From the human T2T-CHM13v2.0 reference genome, Homo sapiens: DNA of 64,000 nt. Both the position numbers and the translations under genes were made by a program. Below are positions 32,900 through 46,665 of this stretch, piece by piece (positions within the stretch are counted from its first letter, which is position 1; each line of letters starts with the position of its first letter). Location: the NCBI RefSeq assembly GCF_009914755.1, contig NC_060925.1; one strand, given 5' to 3'. Below the pieces are notes generated by a model. That model ran no database searches. It was not told the DNA's origin and saw only the letters and a program-made list of their open reading frames with translations.

Positions 32900-33330
32900 C
32901 AATGAGAAGACATTGCTTCAAGTCCCAACTCTGCCACTTACTAGCCATGTGACCTTAAGCCATTCAGCTCAACCTCTTTGCCTCAGTATCCTCATCTGCA
33001 ATATGAGAATAACAATACTTACCTGGCAGGATAGCACAGGAGATTAACTGAAGAAATACATGTGAAAGTACCTTTCAACTGTACCTCACTCTGAGAGAGA
33101 AGGGGGAAAAAAACATGATCTTCCATTTACTGTGAATCTCTCATATGCCAGGCACTTTCCTGCGTTTTACGTGCTTTATTGCATTTGATCCTCATGGCAA
33201 ACCTGTAAGGCAGGGGCTATTTTTTTATTACCCACATGTTACACAGAAGGGAAATGAGACATGTGGATAATCTACCCCATCATGGGCACAACGGTAGAAG
33301 CGGCAGCACAGAGATTCAGACCCGGGTCTG
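32900..33330. mobile_element. Two MIRs in opposite orientation
   Basis: TTCAAGTCCCAACTCTGCCACTTACTAGCCATGTGACCTT (+) followed by TGCCAGGCACTT...TTTGATCCTCATGGCAAACCTGTAAGG (-). Confidence 0.65.
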
Positions 33331-34409
33331 CGGGACACACCCCAGGCTCTGAGGTGGATACAATGCAGAAGAGAAGCACACTCCCCAGTGTGGCAGGAGG
33401 CCAGTTCTAGAGCCTTCCAGACCCAGCTCCCCGGGAGATGAATCACCAGCTAGGGACAATCCCGAGGCCAAAAAGCTCATGATAGCCTGCTCACAGTCTT
33501 GAATCAATAGGTCTTTTATTAGTCTTTAAAATGGGGACCACAATCTTTATATGTATACAATATTCGTGCATTCCAGAGCTCTTTCCCATCCATTCTCTCA
33601 CTGTTCTGACAATAGCTCTGTGCTGTGGGTGGGGCAGGAATCAGCTTGTGAAGCATCATCCTATATGTTAGGACAGGGAAGACTGGAACTCTGGATGCCT
33701 GGTCCCAAATCATTTGAAATTTGAATAATCCCAGCTTATTGGAAAAGGAATCCTGTCTTTTCTACTTGGTATCTGTGTAGCTTTGGGTAACTCATTTCAT
33801 TTCTCAGATTTTCAGTTTCTTCATCTCTTAAAAGAGACCAAAAGCAGGAATAATGTTTATGTCAAGGATTGTCCTAAAATCCAAATGAAGTCATGGAGGA
33901 TATTAAAAATGCCTACCACTGTGTCCCTCCCACCTCTAAGGCAGTGTACCCACTCCAGCCACCCAGCCCATAGTGTGCTATGGTCTACACCAGATGCCCC
34001 CTTCCCACTCCACTGTGGGTGATTGGACTGAGGTGGGCAATGAGCTCAAAGAGTAGTTCACTGGCCTTAAAGGAATTCATCAAATACTGAACTGAATCAC
34101 CTTGATTCTTTTGAGATTTTTTTTCACTGATAATTGAATTTTTAATTCTACTTAGTTTTAATTAATTTTAATTTAATAGCCATATGGAGCTAATGGTGAC
34201 CATAATGTACAGCTCAAGGCTATAAGTTTATTCTCTGGGGAAAGTAAAACAGAAGTCAAAGAACACTAAAAAATTGAGAGCTTTTCTTATGGGGAAAATT
34301 GGCACACTAAAGATACCACGGACCCAGAGAAAGGCCAAAAAATATATATATGAGGGAAAGAAATGGTAATGCCTGGAGGGGCCCGTGTTAGTAGAATTCA
34401 ATATGAAAG

Positions 34410-36520
34410 TATTAAAGAGCACTTCTGGTACTATAAGGAATGAAATATTATGAAATGCTTAGTGCTATAAAATAAAGACAACCTGACAAAGTATACTTTT
34501 AATTTTATTCCTGGGCTTGCAAGAAGTTATGTACCACTTATGCACTACCACCTTCACCCCCAACAAAGACCTGAACACACAGCAATAAGTGCTAAGCATA
34601 GGTGAAAGGCAGGGTTGCCCTGCTGGCAAATGCTGATGTTAAAACTGCAATCAAAAGCCAGCTAACAAGATAGATTAAGCCTAGGGTCCCAGCAGTGGGC
34701 TAAAGTTTCTATAGTTGGGTAACCCTCTGGCTCTCAACAAAAACAAATCTCTCTGGAGAAAAGCTTCCTCAATTTGGGTCCTTAGATTTCCGTGGATTAA
34801 GCAACAATATATGAGCACTCAATAAAATATGATCAATGAAATATAATCAAACACACAAGCAAGCAAACCACTATAAGCAAGAGGTAGAAGAGATGAGATA
34901 TGCCAGACTTCTACTTCTAAGAACTTTAAATGTTGGAATGAGAATATTTGAAATGTATAATAATTATAAAATTCATTCAAAAAATATGAAGTCACAGAAA
35001 TAGGCATGCAATGCTAGACTATAAAAAGTGAAATGGTAGATTTGAAAAAGACTTAAACATAACTTTTAGAAATGAAAAATGTTATTAAAACAGCAGAGGA
35101 AAGAATTAGTGAAGTGGAAAATGGAGTTGAAGAAATTAAACAGAATATAGCACAGGAAAAAAAGATTATAAATAAGAAAGAAGGATCAATAATCATTATA
35201 GGTTCCAAGTAAAGATAATATATTGAACACATACAGCTCATTTTACTCCCTTCTCCAAACTTATTAAAACTACAGCAAAGGGATTTTAAACAATCATATA
35301 AACCCACAAGAATGGGCAAAATATGAGATGAGATACCAGCAACAAACTTCTGGAAAATGGAATATAAATGAAGAATTGATAACAATGTTACCAGAGCTAA
35401 GAAAACCAAATCCTAAACTGGTGGTGGGGAAATCATTGAATCAACTGAATTTGCATTGGAACACAACACAAAAAAAAAAAAAATACAGTAAGAGGCATAA
35501 ATTAGTAGGAATTAAAGATAAAATAGAAGAACTACCAAATCAAAAATTCTTTAAAAAGACTATTAGATTAATCTTTAGTAAGATTGAGAAAAGTGAAGGT
35601 ATAAATATGTATGAACAAAGGAATATATCTACAGATAGGCAAAATTAAATTTTAAAAAGATTTTTAAAAAATTTAATTTAAAATTAAGTTGAAAAAATAT
35701 TTTAAGTGCCAAAAGAGATAGCAAGAATAATCTGCACTACTTTATGTCTATACATTGGAAACAATTTAAAATGCCCAGAAAAATATAACTTGTGAAACCA
35801 ATTGAAGAAATGGAAAACCTAAATAGCCTTATAATCATTAAATAAATTAAAATGGTAGTCTAAAATTTTTCTGCAAAGAAAATAAAAGTCTCAATAATTT
35901 TAGTGACATATTATTGCATTAAATAAAAAACCAAATGTCCAAGAAGAGCCAAGACATTCTGAGGACAAACAGGATGAAGGAATGTGCTTTTCTAGATTGC
36001 AAGCCTTATTAAAAAGCTAAAGTAATTAAAACAGTATGGTTTTGAGGTAAGGATAATCAAATTAGCCAGTGGAACAGACTAAGAAGCCCCCAAAAATCTC
36101 TCTCTCTCTCTCTCTCTCTCCATATATATATGTGTGTGTATGTGTATGTATATATATGTTTGTATATATATGTGTGTATATATATATATTTGCTCGATAA
36201 AGGATATTGTGTTGTAGATCATGAGTGCCTTATTCAATAAATGGTGCCGAGAGCATTAGTTATCCATATAGGAAAAAAATTAAAGAGGCTCCTTATTCTC
36301 TTACATACAAAAATTAATTTTTGATGGAACAGAATCTTAAATATGGAAGGCAAAGTCTTAAAACTTTTTGAAGAAATTTAGAATATTTTTATAATCTTGA
36401 AATTTATTTAAAGAATTTTTTTGAAAGACACAAGTACCTATTAAAAAAGAAAACATTGGTAAATCAACTACACAAATCATCAAAGATACCATAAATGAAA
36501 ACATAAGGAATTCATATCTA
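34410..36520 (+). mobile_element. Ancient L1M fragments
   Basis: A-rich, with ORF1-like CAGCAGAGGAAAGAATTAGTGAAGTGGAA and ORF2-like AAAACAGTATGGT...CAGTGGAACAGA and TTCAATAAATGGTGC. Confidence 0.65.
36097..36188. repeat. Compound (TC)n-(TA/TG)n microsatellite
   Basis: (TC)12 followed by mixed TA/TG dinucleotides. Confidence 0.9.
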
Positions 36521-36524
36521 GATT

Positions 36525-36638
36525 AATCTTGACCGTGGTCTTAAGACTTCCAGCCTCCTGAATGGTAGGAAGTAAATGTCTGTTGTTTAAGCCACTCCAT
36601 CTATAGTATTTTTGTTATAGTAGCCTGAGCTAAGACAG
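36525..36638 (+). mobile_element. MLT1 LTR 3' fragment
   Basis: GACTTCCAGCCTCC...GTAAATGTCTGTTGTTTAAGCCAC...GTTATAGTAGCCTGAGCTAAGACA. Confidence 0.75.
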
Positions 36639-36879
36639 CTTTATATAAGCCTTTGGGGACCATAGATGAACTACATCACTTGGTTCTAGCATGTTCTGTG
36701 GTTTCAATGCAGAAACCTAGAGAATAACTAAGGCTGGGAGAAAGAAGGACCACACTGGTGGGAGAAGCTGGTGACAAGTGGTAAGGAGTGGGCAACCTGG
36801 GTACTAATTCTTGTTTTTTCTTCCCCAGCCTTGTGGTCTTGGCCAAATCACCGGGCCTGCTGTCTTTTCTGTAGAGAGA

Positions 36880-37050
36880 AGGGCTGCTCGGTTCTCATTT
36901 GGATTCAACCTTTCCAATGCAGCATTTAAACACGGAGGAGGGATTTTTTTGGTTGTCACAAGGACTGGGGGACCCTGCTGGCTAAATATCCTCCAATGTG
37001 TGAGACAGTTGCACCCTAAATGCCAGTGTGCCCCTATTGAGAAACATCCT
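36880..37050 (+). mobile_element. MER20-like hAT-Charlie fragment
   Basis: TTTTTTGGTTGTCACAAG...GCTAAATATCCTCCAATG...ATTGAGAAAC. Confidence 0.55.
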
Positions 37051-39064
37051 CTCTATAACAGTCCTTTGAACGAGCCCTTTACATCTCTCTACACATACAT
37101 GATGTTTGCTGGTGGGTCGGGAAACATTTGGATACTTTATGAAGCATGCAGGTCTCCACCCAAACCCACAGGTCAGATGGCTGCTGTCCAAACTTTAGGA
37201 TCTTTAGGGCTGCAGATGAGATGCTCTGTTCTGGTGTATGTCCTGCTTGGGGGGCTGCCCCTCCTTGCCAGAAGAAGATTTAGTTGAATTCAATTGAAGT
37301 GTACTATTACCAACCATTTGCTCCCTTGTTCTGACAGCCAGCAGGAGCAGAAAACTGGCTTGCTCTGGTACTAACTGCATTCTCAGAACCGTGCATGCAG
37401 TGCTTTATCGTTCTGTTCAAAGCTAAGCAGTGCCCTCCTTGGGACACTCTGGGAATGTACAGTATTCATTGCTCTAAGAAAATGCCTTGGCCACAAGGAG
37501 AAAACATTCGCTGGCTGTGGCTTGAGCCAACTGGGTCAGCGCCAGCCTGTGCAGATGTCTTTGTGGACAGAGAAGAAGTCCCTCTGGGAGAAGGCAGCCC
37601 ATGCTAGGGTGCATAGATTGATGAGAGGAGTGACAACTGTATTTCTGTCCTTACTTGCTCTCCTGGCCAGGTGCTCTTATGCAGTGCACTAGCTGTACAA
37701 CAGTACCTACTGGCTGGACCCTCTCATTCTCTACCAATTCAGCAGTCTCCTCTTGGCTTCATTCAGGAGGCTGTCTCCCCATGGTTGCCTGAACCCAAAA
37801 GCAAAATGTGTGGGTCCCACCTACTTCTCACGCTCTAGTTCTAAAGAATGGGCCCAGGTGTCCAGCCTCCACGGCCTGACATTCAATGCTGTGTACACTC
37901 CGGTTCCAAGTTGCTTTTCTACTCACTGCACCCCAGACTCTCTGCTAAACAGGCTACTTTAGTCATTGCCACCCAAATAATGCTTGTGAAGTTGCATCTC
38001 CACACTCTCATACTCTTCCCTTACCCTCACCTTTTATCCAACTCTTTCAAGGCTCGGCTCATTTTCAGTCTTCTGGGAAGCCCTCTCAATTGCCCCCAAT
38101 CAGGAGTTACTGAAAAGTGTCCTTGTACCTCCCATTGGTCACCGACTGCACGGTTCATGTATTGGGAACCTTGATTGTTAAGAAGATTTTAAGTTCCTTG
38201 AAGGTGGAAACCTAATGAGAAGACTTGCCCTTCAGGCTCCTCTACTTAAGAATCATTCCAAGCAATTACCATGGAAACAAATATCTTCTCTTCCTGGCCT
38301 CTTGGACCAAAACAAACAGACAAACTGTTAAAGAGCAAGGAATTTGGCTCCCTGCCTAGGTTGGCAGTGAGAGCGTCAGAACAAGGTTGAGGCCAAATCC
38401 ATGAACCTCATTTAGTTAGCTGCCCACGAACTTGGCTTGGAACGCCTTGGCCCCATCTTAAAGAAAGCCCTTCATTCTGGGGACACTGGTCAGCCTGAGG
38501 CCCATGCTCCTTAGTCCCACCACAGGAAGCCTTCTCTCTCCATCTGTCACTCTGAGACCATATTGGCTGAAGCTCTGGGCTTACTCATATCCTGAGTCAT
38601 CCAACCTCGCATGTCCGTAAAAATATCCGTATCCTTATAGGTGGAGGCCTTATAGATAGGTTGTTGAGTCAGATTTATGAGTTTGAGAAAGAGATGCTTT
38701 GGATGCAAAGGACCTTTGGTGAGTTTGCAGAAGCCCTGGACTCAAATCTACCACCACTCAGAACAGTGAATGCCAGAAAATTCCTGGAAAAGGGCATCTC
38801 TTTGCTGAATGACCCTAGTAATCTACTCATTCCCCAGGTAATTACTGAGCCACTCTGTGTTCCAGGCACAGTTCTAGTTTCTGGAAATATACCTGAGAAC
38901 AAAACAGACAGAAATTCTGCCCTTATGAGCCTCCACTTCAGCTCCTGGCCAAGTCTGTTTTTCATATGATCCAAGCACTTTGGCAGGTGTTAGGGCTGTA
39001 AAAGGGATGGCATGGGACCCCCTTGGGTAGGGGACGTGGCAGACACATCTCTTAGAAATATTGC

Positions 39065-39237
39065 CGCAAGCCTCACTGTTCAAGTCTGGTGTGTGGAGCA
39101 GCTGCATCAGCACCTCCAGGGAGCATGTTAGAAATGCATCGTCTCAGGCCCTTCCCAAGCCCTTCTGAGTAAGAAACTGCACTTTACAATATGCTCCCAG
39201 GTGAACTGTCCGCAGGGAAAAGCTTGAAAAGCCTTGC
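39065..39237. mobile_element. MER5A
   Basis: GCATCAGCACCTCCAGGGAGCATGTTAGAAATGCA...CTCCCAGGTGA...AAGCTTGAAAAGCCTTG. Confidence 0.75.
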
Positions 39238-42200
39238 TACAGGACAGCAAATCCCACAAGCTGTCCTACAGTGAAAGGGAGCAGAACGATAATGTGCATT
39301 TGAGAAAGAGTACATCCCATGCCTCAGATTTAGAAAGGTGGCGTGTTCAAGACTGAGATCTCCTCAGAAAGAAACATGCTTAAAAATCCAATGCTACTCA
39401 ACTGTATTTGATGGCTCAACAACAAATCACCGACTGTAATCACTCAACAGAACCAGCATCCTGTGAAACACACCTTGAGAAACCAGTAGTGGACCTTCTG
39501 GCATTCCCGGATTCAACTTTCTTGGCTTCAATGACTGCAGATGGAGTGAGCCCATGGGGTGATAACTGGCAGTTTTACTGAGGAACAAATCTGAATCATG
39601 CCTACTGCCAGGCTGAGGCTCTGGGCCAAGGTCTCAGCTTGGGATAGGGTGAGGATCAGAAGGCTGGAAAGATAGAGGGACTCGGAGACTGCCAGCTACT
39701 GGTTAACTTGTGGCATAAGGAGGATATATACAGAAAACACTGGATTCTATAGCTGAAATATGTCATTTGGAGAAATTTAGGAGCCAATATAAGCATTCCT
39801 TATTTGTCATTTCATGGGCTATATATATTCCACAGGTGTCAAGAATCTATAATGATGATGATGATGGCAAAGACAATGATAGATACCTTTTTAAAACTTA
39901 CTATATGCCAAGCACTGTCCTAATTCATATGTTCCCAACAGCAATGCTAAGTGGTATAATCCTCATTTCTGCAGATGAAGAAATTGAGGCACAGAGCTGG
40001 CTCCTCGTTTTAATCCGTTTCATGCTAAATGTGACTTCTGAGACCTAGGTGACAGGCATCTGACTGGTGCAGACTAAACTGGCCAGATGATGGAGTGACC
40101 ACTGGTCCCCTTTATCCCTCGAGCCAGCCCCCGAAGGCTGAGAGACTTGCTCAGAGCCCCGTCCCAGAAGTGGGCAAGATTCATATTTGTGCCTTAGCAA
40201 AACTGCCAGTTATCATACTATGGGCTTATTCCTTCTGGAATAGGGTAAAGCAAGAACAGAGAACCCCCTCTGGGGGTGCCACTTAGGTGTGAAGCAGCCC
40301 TAATTGGGCAGGTATAGGCTGGAGTGACCTCAGTGGTAGGCCTGGGAGGGGACACCTGGTTTGCTCTGGGGCAGTCGTAGAAGGCTCAGCACAGTGCTGG
40401 ACTGCAGGTAGGACTAAGCTTGGATTATAAGGCCTGGGATCTTCTCACAATGCTGGTCTGCAGCCACTGTGTGGCCTGTGACAGTCCTTTCCCTGGGTCT
40501 CAGTCTTTGAAAATAATGATACACCCCCCACCACACCCGGTCATGGGTTGCACCTTGGGTTTCAACTCAATGACTGCTTTTCAGGAGGTCCCTCTGGGGC
40601 TCCTTAGGGTTATGGCTGCTCCAGGCTGGCAAATCCAGATCATGCAAGAGGTGGCTTAACCCTCTCCCTCTCAGGGACACGAAGAAGATCTGTTGCTTCC
40701 AGATTGCACCAACACACATGCCTAGAACCCCAGTAATGAAGCTGGAACCTCTGCTGTGTGGTCAGACAAACCCAAGGATAAATTGCCCCTGCTTCTTGGG
40801 ATGACACTAGGAATTCGCCATTCTTCACTAGGCAGTCCCTGGGGCCTAGAGCCAATTCATTCAGTTTAACATTCCCTCCCTTTGAGACAAAGTATAGGGT
40901 GGTGATAATGAAGTCAGTCGGGCACAGCCTTGAGTGCTGGCTGTGTGACACAGGGCAAGTCACTCAACCTCTCTGAGCTCCAGCATGCTCATTGGTAATT
41001 GGTATAAATGAAAGTACCTATATCATGGGACTACTGTGAGGTGCCAGCACATTATCAGTGCTTTGTAAAGAGCCGCTATTACTCTTGTTGTTGCTTGGAC
41101 ATTTGTTATGAGGGGGGAATACTTTTTAAAATTTGCTTTTTAAAAACTTCAACAAATTTCTGAAGGCATTTTCAAATGAGACTTTAAAATATGTTTTTCT
41201 CTTATAAAGTTAAAATTTTTGTATGAGGTTAGGCATAATTTTTTTTTGTTTTAAATTAACAAATAGCAATCAAGGGCTTCTAAGCAATTCCAAGGACCCC
41301 CTTGCTGCTCTATTCCACTAGTCTTCCACCCTCTCCCTCCTGGCAGCAGTCGTTGGCATTTTTGTATGTCTCACCCTGGAGGCTGGCAAGCTCTGCACCT
41401 CCTGGTCGGGAGCTGCCAGCTCTCCCCTGCAGCTGTCCTGAAGTCCTCTTGCTGTAGGTTGTCCCTTTGTCCCAGAGCACTCACCCTAACAGGGAAGTCC
41501 CTCATTTCTTCATTAACTTCCAGGTTGCTCCCTCCCCATTAATGCTGAGCTGGAGAAGCAGGGTTCACAGGACCTTACAATAGGGACCAGGAGCAGCAGC
41601 TTGGAGATTCAGGCCGCCTTTGGCTTCCTTGACCCTCCTGTACCCAGGGCCAGCATCAGGGAGGGAGGAAGAGGACAGGGACAACAATCAGCAGGGCCCG
41701 TGTAAGCATACACTTCTTATGGATGACTCCTCTGACAACAACACGGGGTAAGGCCAGGCTCACGGTCACACAGTGGCTGAGCCAGAAGATCAGTGTTTTT
41801 GCTTTTCCATCTAATAATGGCTCCGTCTATACAAAATTTTGGGCAGGAAGGGCAATGCATCTATCAGAACTCATTGGTGACAGGCGCAGCAGGAGCTAAA
41901 TTGGCTGAGTTGAACCAGGCTGTTACTTCCTAGCTGTGTGACCTTAGGGAAATCACCCAAGCTCTCTGTGCCAACAATTGTGCCTACCTCATAGGATTCA
42001 TTTAAGGATTAAAGAAGTTGATAAATATCAAGTGATTAAAATCCTACCTGGCACATCCATAGCAGGGATTCTACATGCTAGATATTTTAATTGTTGTTAA
42101 GCCTCATGAAGGCAGGAGTCTTTGTCTATGTTGGTTATTGGTCTGTGTTAGAACAGTGCCTGGTACTTAATAGGGGCTCTATAAACAGTTGTTGGGTGAA

Positions 42201-42255
42201 TGAATCTATTTCTTTCAAGATAAAAACTCTTTTGCAATGCAGCCATTGTTTATCT

Positions 42256-42274
42256 TGGCCAGCAGAGGGCAGCA
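42256..42274 (+). promoter_or_regulatory. CTCF core motif
   Basis: TGGCCAGCAGAGGGCAGCA fits CCASYAGRKGGCRS exactly. Binding cannot be shown from sequence. Confidence 0.6.
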
Positions 42275-43339
42275 AATAGCTGTGGACTGATTAATTGTGG
42301 ACAAGGGTGGTTTTAATTTTGAAGGCTAACAGAACTGTCCCTCCTGAGCCAGTTAGGGAAATAAAAGGTTGCCATGAACCTGTACGACTGGCCCCGACCC
42401 CTCCCACTCACCTTTGTGCAGGTTAGAATGATTGTCAGGCATTCAACTCACAAAAAATCTTGGTTCCATTTCTTCTCAACTTACTTTCAATTTCCTTCCT
42501 CCCTCCCTCCCTCTATCCCTGCTTTTCCTCCTTTCTCCGTTTTCTCTAATCATATTTCCCCCTGCCCCCACACTCACTCCTCTGCATCAAGCTAGTATAC
42601 TGTACACACTCCCAAACTTTATCTGTACAATTGCAGCTTGTACTGCAAACCATGACATCTAGAGTGGATCCTTATACAGTATTCTTCCCAACCAATGAAT
42701 GCTGCTAAACCTAGTATAATTTTTTAAACAACATGTAATTTGATAACTAGACCCAGAGAGGTACTATAGCTTGGCCAAGAACACACAGCAATTAGGGGTA
42801 ACGTTAGAGCCCTAGCCAAGGCCTTCTGCTGTCCATTATACAGCCTCATCACACATGTTCTCTTTTGCCAACAGGAGGCTCGTGTGGTCCCTGTTTGTCA
42901 TCCAGTCAATACGGCCATCAGCTTCTGGCCCCAGACACCTTTCCTCTGCACTGTGGCACAGAGGAGCAGACTGCTTTGGAGGGCAGCTTCCTGGGAGCTC
43001 CAGGGACCCTGGCCAGGCGGCCACTGCCACTGACTTCCTCGGCTCACTGAGCCCGTGCCTGCAGCTCTCGTGTTTCCTCTGTGCTGCAGTGGACGCTTAT
43101 CTTCCCCCGATGGCACATTTCTTTGTCACAGACAGGACCCTCACTGGCAGTCGGAGGTGAGTTCCTGGGGAGCTTCTGGGTCTTGTTGGTGCCTTCTGGC
43201 ACCACTTGTGGATGGGATGGCTCTGACACCCAAGCCTCACCACTGCTCCGGGGGTAACCCAGTGACATGATCTCCCCAGCTTGCTAGATCCTGTCCTTCC
43301 CAATTATGATCCAAAAAATCATGCTAGGATAACTGTCTG

Positions 43340-44860
43340 GAAAAAATATTTAATTGGTCTTCCAGCTGGGAAACAAATTCTATATGAATTGATGAGAAAA
43401 AAAAAACAGAATTTTTAAAACTAGAAAAAATGTGGGTGACCTATTATCTTAGGGGATATTTCTTTAAGCATGAAAGCAAAACTAGAAACTATAAAAGAAA
43501 AAATGTACAGGTTGACTACATAGAAAAAAGCTCTATATCCTGGTAAACATCCAAATCAAAATAAAAGCTAGTGACAAATGGAGAAAAGTTGAGCTACCCG
43601 TGTAACAGACAAAAGATAAATATACTAAATCAGACTCTCAAGAAAATGGATAAAGAATCTGAACTGACAACCTAAAAATATCAAGTCATAGGAACATGAA
43701 ACATGCTCAGTGTTACTGGTAATGAAGTAAATGCAAAATTCAATTTCTGCATCTTGAAGTTGCAAATTTCAAAACTACGTAGTGTCAGTGAGGATGCGGG
43801 CCACAGCCTCTCTCATTCTGCTGTTGGCACAGTTCTGGAGGGCTCTGTATGCTTACAGGTGTCCATGATAAATGCTTTTCTGTGTAGCCTTCATCGCTAT
43901 CACCTTACTATCTATTGCCTCCTCCTTCCCGCCTTCCTTTACCACACCAATATACTTCACAATGATAGGGATATTGTTTACTGATCTGCCCCAAATGCTT
44001 ACAATAGCACCTGGCCCGGCTGGTTGTGGTGGCTCACGCCTGTAATCCCAACACTTTGGGAAGCCAAGACGGGCAAATCACAAGGTCAGGAGTTCGAGAC
44101 CAGCCTGGCCAACATGGTGAAACCCCATCTCTACTAAAAATACAAAAAATTAGCTGGGCGTGGTGGCAGATGCCTGTAATACCAGGCTGCTCAGGAGGCT
44201 AAGGCAGGAGAATCACTTTGAACCCAGGAGGTGGAGATTGTAGTGAGCCGAGATCACGCCACTGCATTCCAGCCTGGGTGACGAGCAAGACTCTGTCTCA
44301 AAAAAAAAAAAAAAAAAAAAAAAAAAGCACCTGGCCCAATATTAGATGTTCAACATATGCTTATTGAATGAATAATTGATCTTTAACCCAGTAGTTCTTA
44401 GGAATTGATACTAAGGCAACAATCAGTGATGTACAAAAAAGATTTATATCCAAGGATGCTCATTTCAACATATATTGTAATAGTCAAACTTTGCAAACCA
44501 CTGAAATGTCCAGTAAAAATTATGAACCATCCTTTTTAGAGACTATAATAGTAAAGTCATGAAAATCATGTTATAGAAGACAACACAATAACATAGAAAG
44601 ATTTCCTAGATATATTTTGAAAAGGGCAGGTTATATAACTGTCCAGAAATTTATTTTCTATGTATAATACAATCTTAATGTATATAAATCTACACATATA
44701 TGCATGGAAAAACTTGTGTAAGAACATACTGACATTTTAACAGTATTTATCTTTGGATAGAGTAATTGTAAAATGTTTACATGTTTTTCTTTACTCTTTC
44801 ATGTATTTTTGCAGAGTTTCTGTGATAGGACCATTTTGTTTTTGAGACTGGATTAAAAAC
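43340..44860 (+). mobile_element. L1ME-like fragments with nested L2 and Alu
   Basis: AAACTAGAAAAAATGTGGG...TTGACTACAT; CCAAGGATGCTCAT. L2 3' end with ...GCTTATTGAATGAAT near 44360-44375. Confidence 0.6.
44018..44326 (+). mobile_element. AluS (Sg-like)
   Basis: Full dimer with poly(A) at 44300-44326; TSD AGCACCTGGCCC on both sides. Confidence 0.95.
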
Positions 44861-44862
44861 AA

Positions 44863-45203
44863 TGTAGCAGAGGCCATGGGTGCCTCACCCATATTCCTCA
44901 AGCTGGCCCTAGTTCCAAGTAGCTAAGAGCCTGGCGGTGGCCCTCTACCTACAAAGGATGGGAGTGGAGTGGCTCTCTCTCACAGCTTCCTCAGCCCCAG
45001 GGGACAACTCTGCAGCATGTTCCTCACAGCTTGACAGAGGCCCTGGCCGTGCACCTTGGTGGCTGTTCTTTGCATTCCCTTCTTCTCAGCCTTGCTTCTC
45101 CATGCCACCTCAGTGCTTCCTGGAATCACCTTTCAAGCCAGCTACTTGCACACAAATCCTTGTCCCAGAGTCTGCTTTTAGGAGGAGCCCAGGCTAAAAG
45201 GCA
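44863..45203 (+). mobile_element. ERVL solo LTR (LTR16-like)
   Basis: TGTAGCAGAGGCCATGGGTGCCTCACCC...CTACTTGCACACAAATCCTTGTCCCAGAGTCTGCTTT. Confidence 0.7.
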
Positions 45204-46115
45204 CAAACGCTGTTTTAAAAATCCTGCCCACTCCGTGTAAAGAACATCAGCCAAGCATGGTGCTATAGAAATAACTCCTATCTTGGCTGTTCCTGTGTGT
45301 AGTTCACTTTCAATCTCTCAGCATCCCTGAGTTGAAGAGAGATCTTGCTTAACTGGGAGGGAAGGCCAAGGGGTTTCTGGATACAGGAGCCACCTTGGGG
45401 ATCTTAGAGCCTCAGAAGAGGCAAGGATGTACGTTATAAGAAGGGGCTGTCCAGATGATAAATGAAATTAATAAACCACCCCTGTGATGCCAGCACATGG
45501 CTCACAGCAGATCTGCATCAGGCGCCTACCATTGCCCTAGGATGCCATTAACACCTACTCTTCCTTATGAGGCTTAGAATCAGGGCTGCTGAGGACTTCA
45601 GAAATCATCTCATTCAGGTGGGGTGAAGGGGGTGGGTAGCTTCCCTGAGGGTCCCACAGCAAGAGTTAGAGACACAGCCAGGACCAGAACTTACTGAAAA
45701 GCAATAATCCAAGGTCTGACTTGGGTTCTGAGGATTTGCTCAGTTATAGATGTAATTCTCGATTTGGCCTGAAGAGGGCAGACACTTGCCATTCATGGAG
45801 GTGAAGAGCTTGTTTTTAAGGCTGGACTAACATCTCCCAATAAGGTCATTTGGTTCTAGTGAGAGTTGCAGCTCACAACATTCTTGACTCTTCTGCTGCA
45901 AATATGCTACTGGAAAGACACTGAAGTTCACAGACTGAAGTTCCTTTAGTTCCAACTCTGGCACTGTAATAGGTGACCTTGCACAGGTCACTTCACCTCT
46001 CTGAGTCTCACTTCTTGTGAAGTAAGATCTCTACTCCGTGACTGAGAAGGTGGTATTGGGGAGTGATATGTAACTTACAAAGTTGCATATTACAACACAC
46101 ATCACTGCTGTTAAG

Positions 46116-46118
<3 letters not shown>

Positions 46119-46152
<34 letters not shown>

Positions 46153-46163
46153 CATGTGCACAC
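46119..46163. repeat. (TG)14 plus CG/CA purine-pyrimidine alternation
   Basis: 45 bp of unbroken RY alternation. Confidence 0.9.
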
Positions 46164-46548
46164 TCGTGATGGAGAGAGCTTGATAAAGGAGAGAGGCCTA
46201 GGCCAAAGGAGCTTTTTCTGGCCTCAGGTGAATATATATTTGTAAATTCTCTAGCAATTGGAACCAATTCACTTTGTACTTGGAAAAGACTTAACTGCTT
46301 TTACTTTATATTTCGAACTGTACTTTTTTAAAAGCTAAAGATGTCCCTTAACCTAACTGGTGTATGGGAAAAAATATACATAACAGGGATATATGTAAAG
46401 TTCTACCATTAAGTCAAAAATATTGCTGAATACAGAGAAGGTATTGGTAATACAAATTTTTAAAACTAAGTATTTAGTGGTTGCTTGGTCATGAGAAGCA
46501 AAAAAGTAAGAAGTGAGTATTTTTAAAAATCCTGTACCATTTTCCTAG

Positions 46549-46665
46549 GACATCAAGCCCTAGTACAGGAAGGGACATTTTCACACTAATCTGTGCCAGC
46601 TGGAGCAGTCCTGCCATCTGAACATCATATTTTGGAACCCTGAGAAGCTAGGATGCAGTTAACAG
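46549..46665 (+). ncRNA. Candidate internal exon of an antisense lncRNA (GNG12-AS1 from recall)
   Basis: Acceptor CCATTTTCCTAG|G and consensus donor CAG|GTAAGT, 117 nt apart, in unique sequence. Gene assignment rests on recall that GNG12-AS1 overlaps WLS on the + strand. Confidence 0.45.

Noticed and set aside
36811-37287. 158-aa + strand ORF
   Set aside because: Non-ATG start, crosses a MER20-like fragment, no family resemblance.
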